A stretch of 64,000 nucleotides of DNA. Origin: Candidatus Methanomethylicaceae archaeon GD_Cm_T35_P0_bin.15 (lineage in GTDB: Archaea; Thermoproteota; Methanomethylicia; Methanomethylicales; Methanomethylicaceae). Under the pieces are notes generated by a model that worked only from the letters and a program-made list of their open reading frames with translations, was not told where the DNA came from and did not search any database. Position 1 is the stretch's first letter. Each line of letters begins with the position of its first letter. A program made the position numbers and the translations under genes. Positions 63,357 to 64,000 of this stretch are shown piece after piece. The stretch spans positions 289,404 to 353,403 of the forward strand of contig JAULTD010000001.1 in assembly GCA_038801785.1 (NCBI GenBank). The letters run 5' to 3'.

Positions 63357-64000
63357 TCATGCCTCCTCGCTGTTGTTGGTCGATACCTTGAAGTGCTCCT
63401 CCAGAGCCGCTTTCTGCATTGCATATATATCGGCGCACCCCTTCTTGGCCAGTTCCAAGGACTTGATGAACTCCTCATGGGTGAGGGAGCCGTCCATCTG
63501 GAGGAGGGTCACCATGTCCTTTGAGGGCAGCATCGCCACAGGCATGTCCGCCTCCCCCTCTTTGTCCTCCTTGTCCATGACATCGAGGACTAGCTGCCCC
63601 TCGACCTTGCCCACCGCGATGCTGCTGACCAGATCCAGCATCGGAATTCCCGCGTCCGCGAGCGCCAGGGACGCGGCGTTGATGCCTGCGCACCTTGTAC
63701 TCCCGTCTGCCTGAAGCACCTCGATATAGATATCCAACATCGTGCGGGGGTAGAGTTCCGCGAAGATTGCGGGTTCCAGAGCCTCCCGTATGACCTTAGA
63801 GAGCTCTATCTCCCGCCTGCTGGGCGCGGGGGACTTGCGCTCCTCGACCGAGAAGGGCGCCATATGGTATCTCGACCTGATCAGGCACCTGTCCGAGAGG
63901 GCCAAGTGCTTGGGGTGGATCTCCCGAGGCCCATAAACGGCAGCGAGGATCTTCGTCCTGCCCAGCTCGATGTAAGCGGATCCGTCCGCGTTCTGCAGGA
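63357..64000 (-). CDS. rrp41: exosome complex exonuclease Rrp41 (N-terminus lies outside the window)
   Basis: RNase PH domain: [23 protein letters not shown]. The frame stays open from 63906 to the window edge ([26 protein letters not shown]). Confidence 0.85.
   Translation of the reverse strand, partial: LQNADGSAYIELGRTKILAAVYGPREIHPKHLALSDRCLIRSRYHMAPFSVEERKSPAPSRREIELSKVIREALEPAIFAELYPRTMLDIYIEVLQADGSTRCAGINAASLALADAGIPMLDLVSSIAVGKVEGQLVLDVMDKEDKEGEADMPVAMLPSKDMVTLLQMDGSLTHEEFIKSLELAKKGCADIYAMQKAALEEHFKVSTNNSEEA

Noticed and set aside
1-64000. In-frame TAG or TGA read-through (pyrrolysine or selenocysteine recoding).
   Set aside because: TAG is used as an ordinary stop here, for example in the FEN-1 fragment and the HNH gene. 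I saw no gene whose homology continues past an in-frame stop.

Overview
High-GC archaeal chromosome segment. It is mostly conserved information-processing genes on the minus strand. These include LeuRS and AlaRS, the P1-P0-L1-L11-Spt5-SecE ribosomal cluster, and the L39e-L31e-aIF6-LX-prefoldin alpha-FtsY cluster. Further on are S19e, a DEAD-box helicase, Rpp21 and Nep1, aEF-2, an ECF transporter, and part of the exosome superoperon (Rrp41-Rrp42-L37Ae-Brix-Pcc1-prefoldin beta). Two accessory regions stand out. (1) 30074-39861 is a ~9.7 kb AT-rich integrative element inserted in tRNA-Gly(CCC). It is bounded by perfect 46-bp direct repeats, and its SSV-type integrase gene was split by the integration; the two halves rejoin in frame across the att site. 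Its cargo looks like a small defence island. It holds an MmeI-like single-chain restriction-modification enzyme and a YwgA-like wHTH gene coupled to a SAMHD1-like HD phosphohydrolase. It also holds an uncharacterised, translationally coupled three-gene operon (Zn-ribbon protein, second YwgA-like protein, 392-aa unknown protein), which is my best candidate for an undescribed system. (2) 41251-54000 is an archaeal type IV pilus (Epd/Tad-like) locus. It has a secretion ATPase, a platform protein split into two genes, and five proteins with class III (K/R)G|VS signal peptides. One of these is a 1489-aa giant, and two are pilin paralogs with near-identical promoters and termini but a divergent core. 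A 745-bp ORF-free, hairpin-rich spacer at 40507-41250 may encode a structured RNA that I cannot identify. All family calls come from motif recognition by eye; no searches were run.
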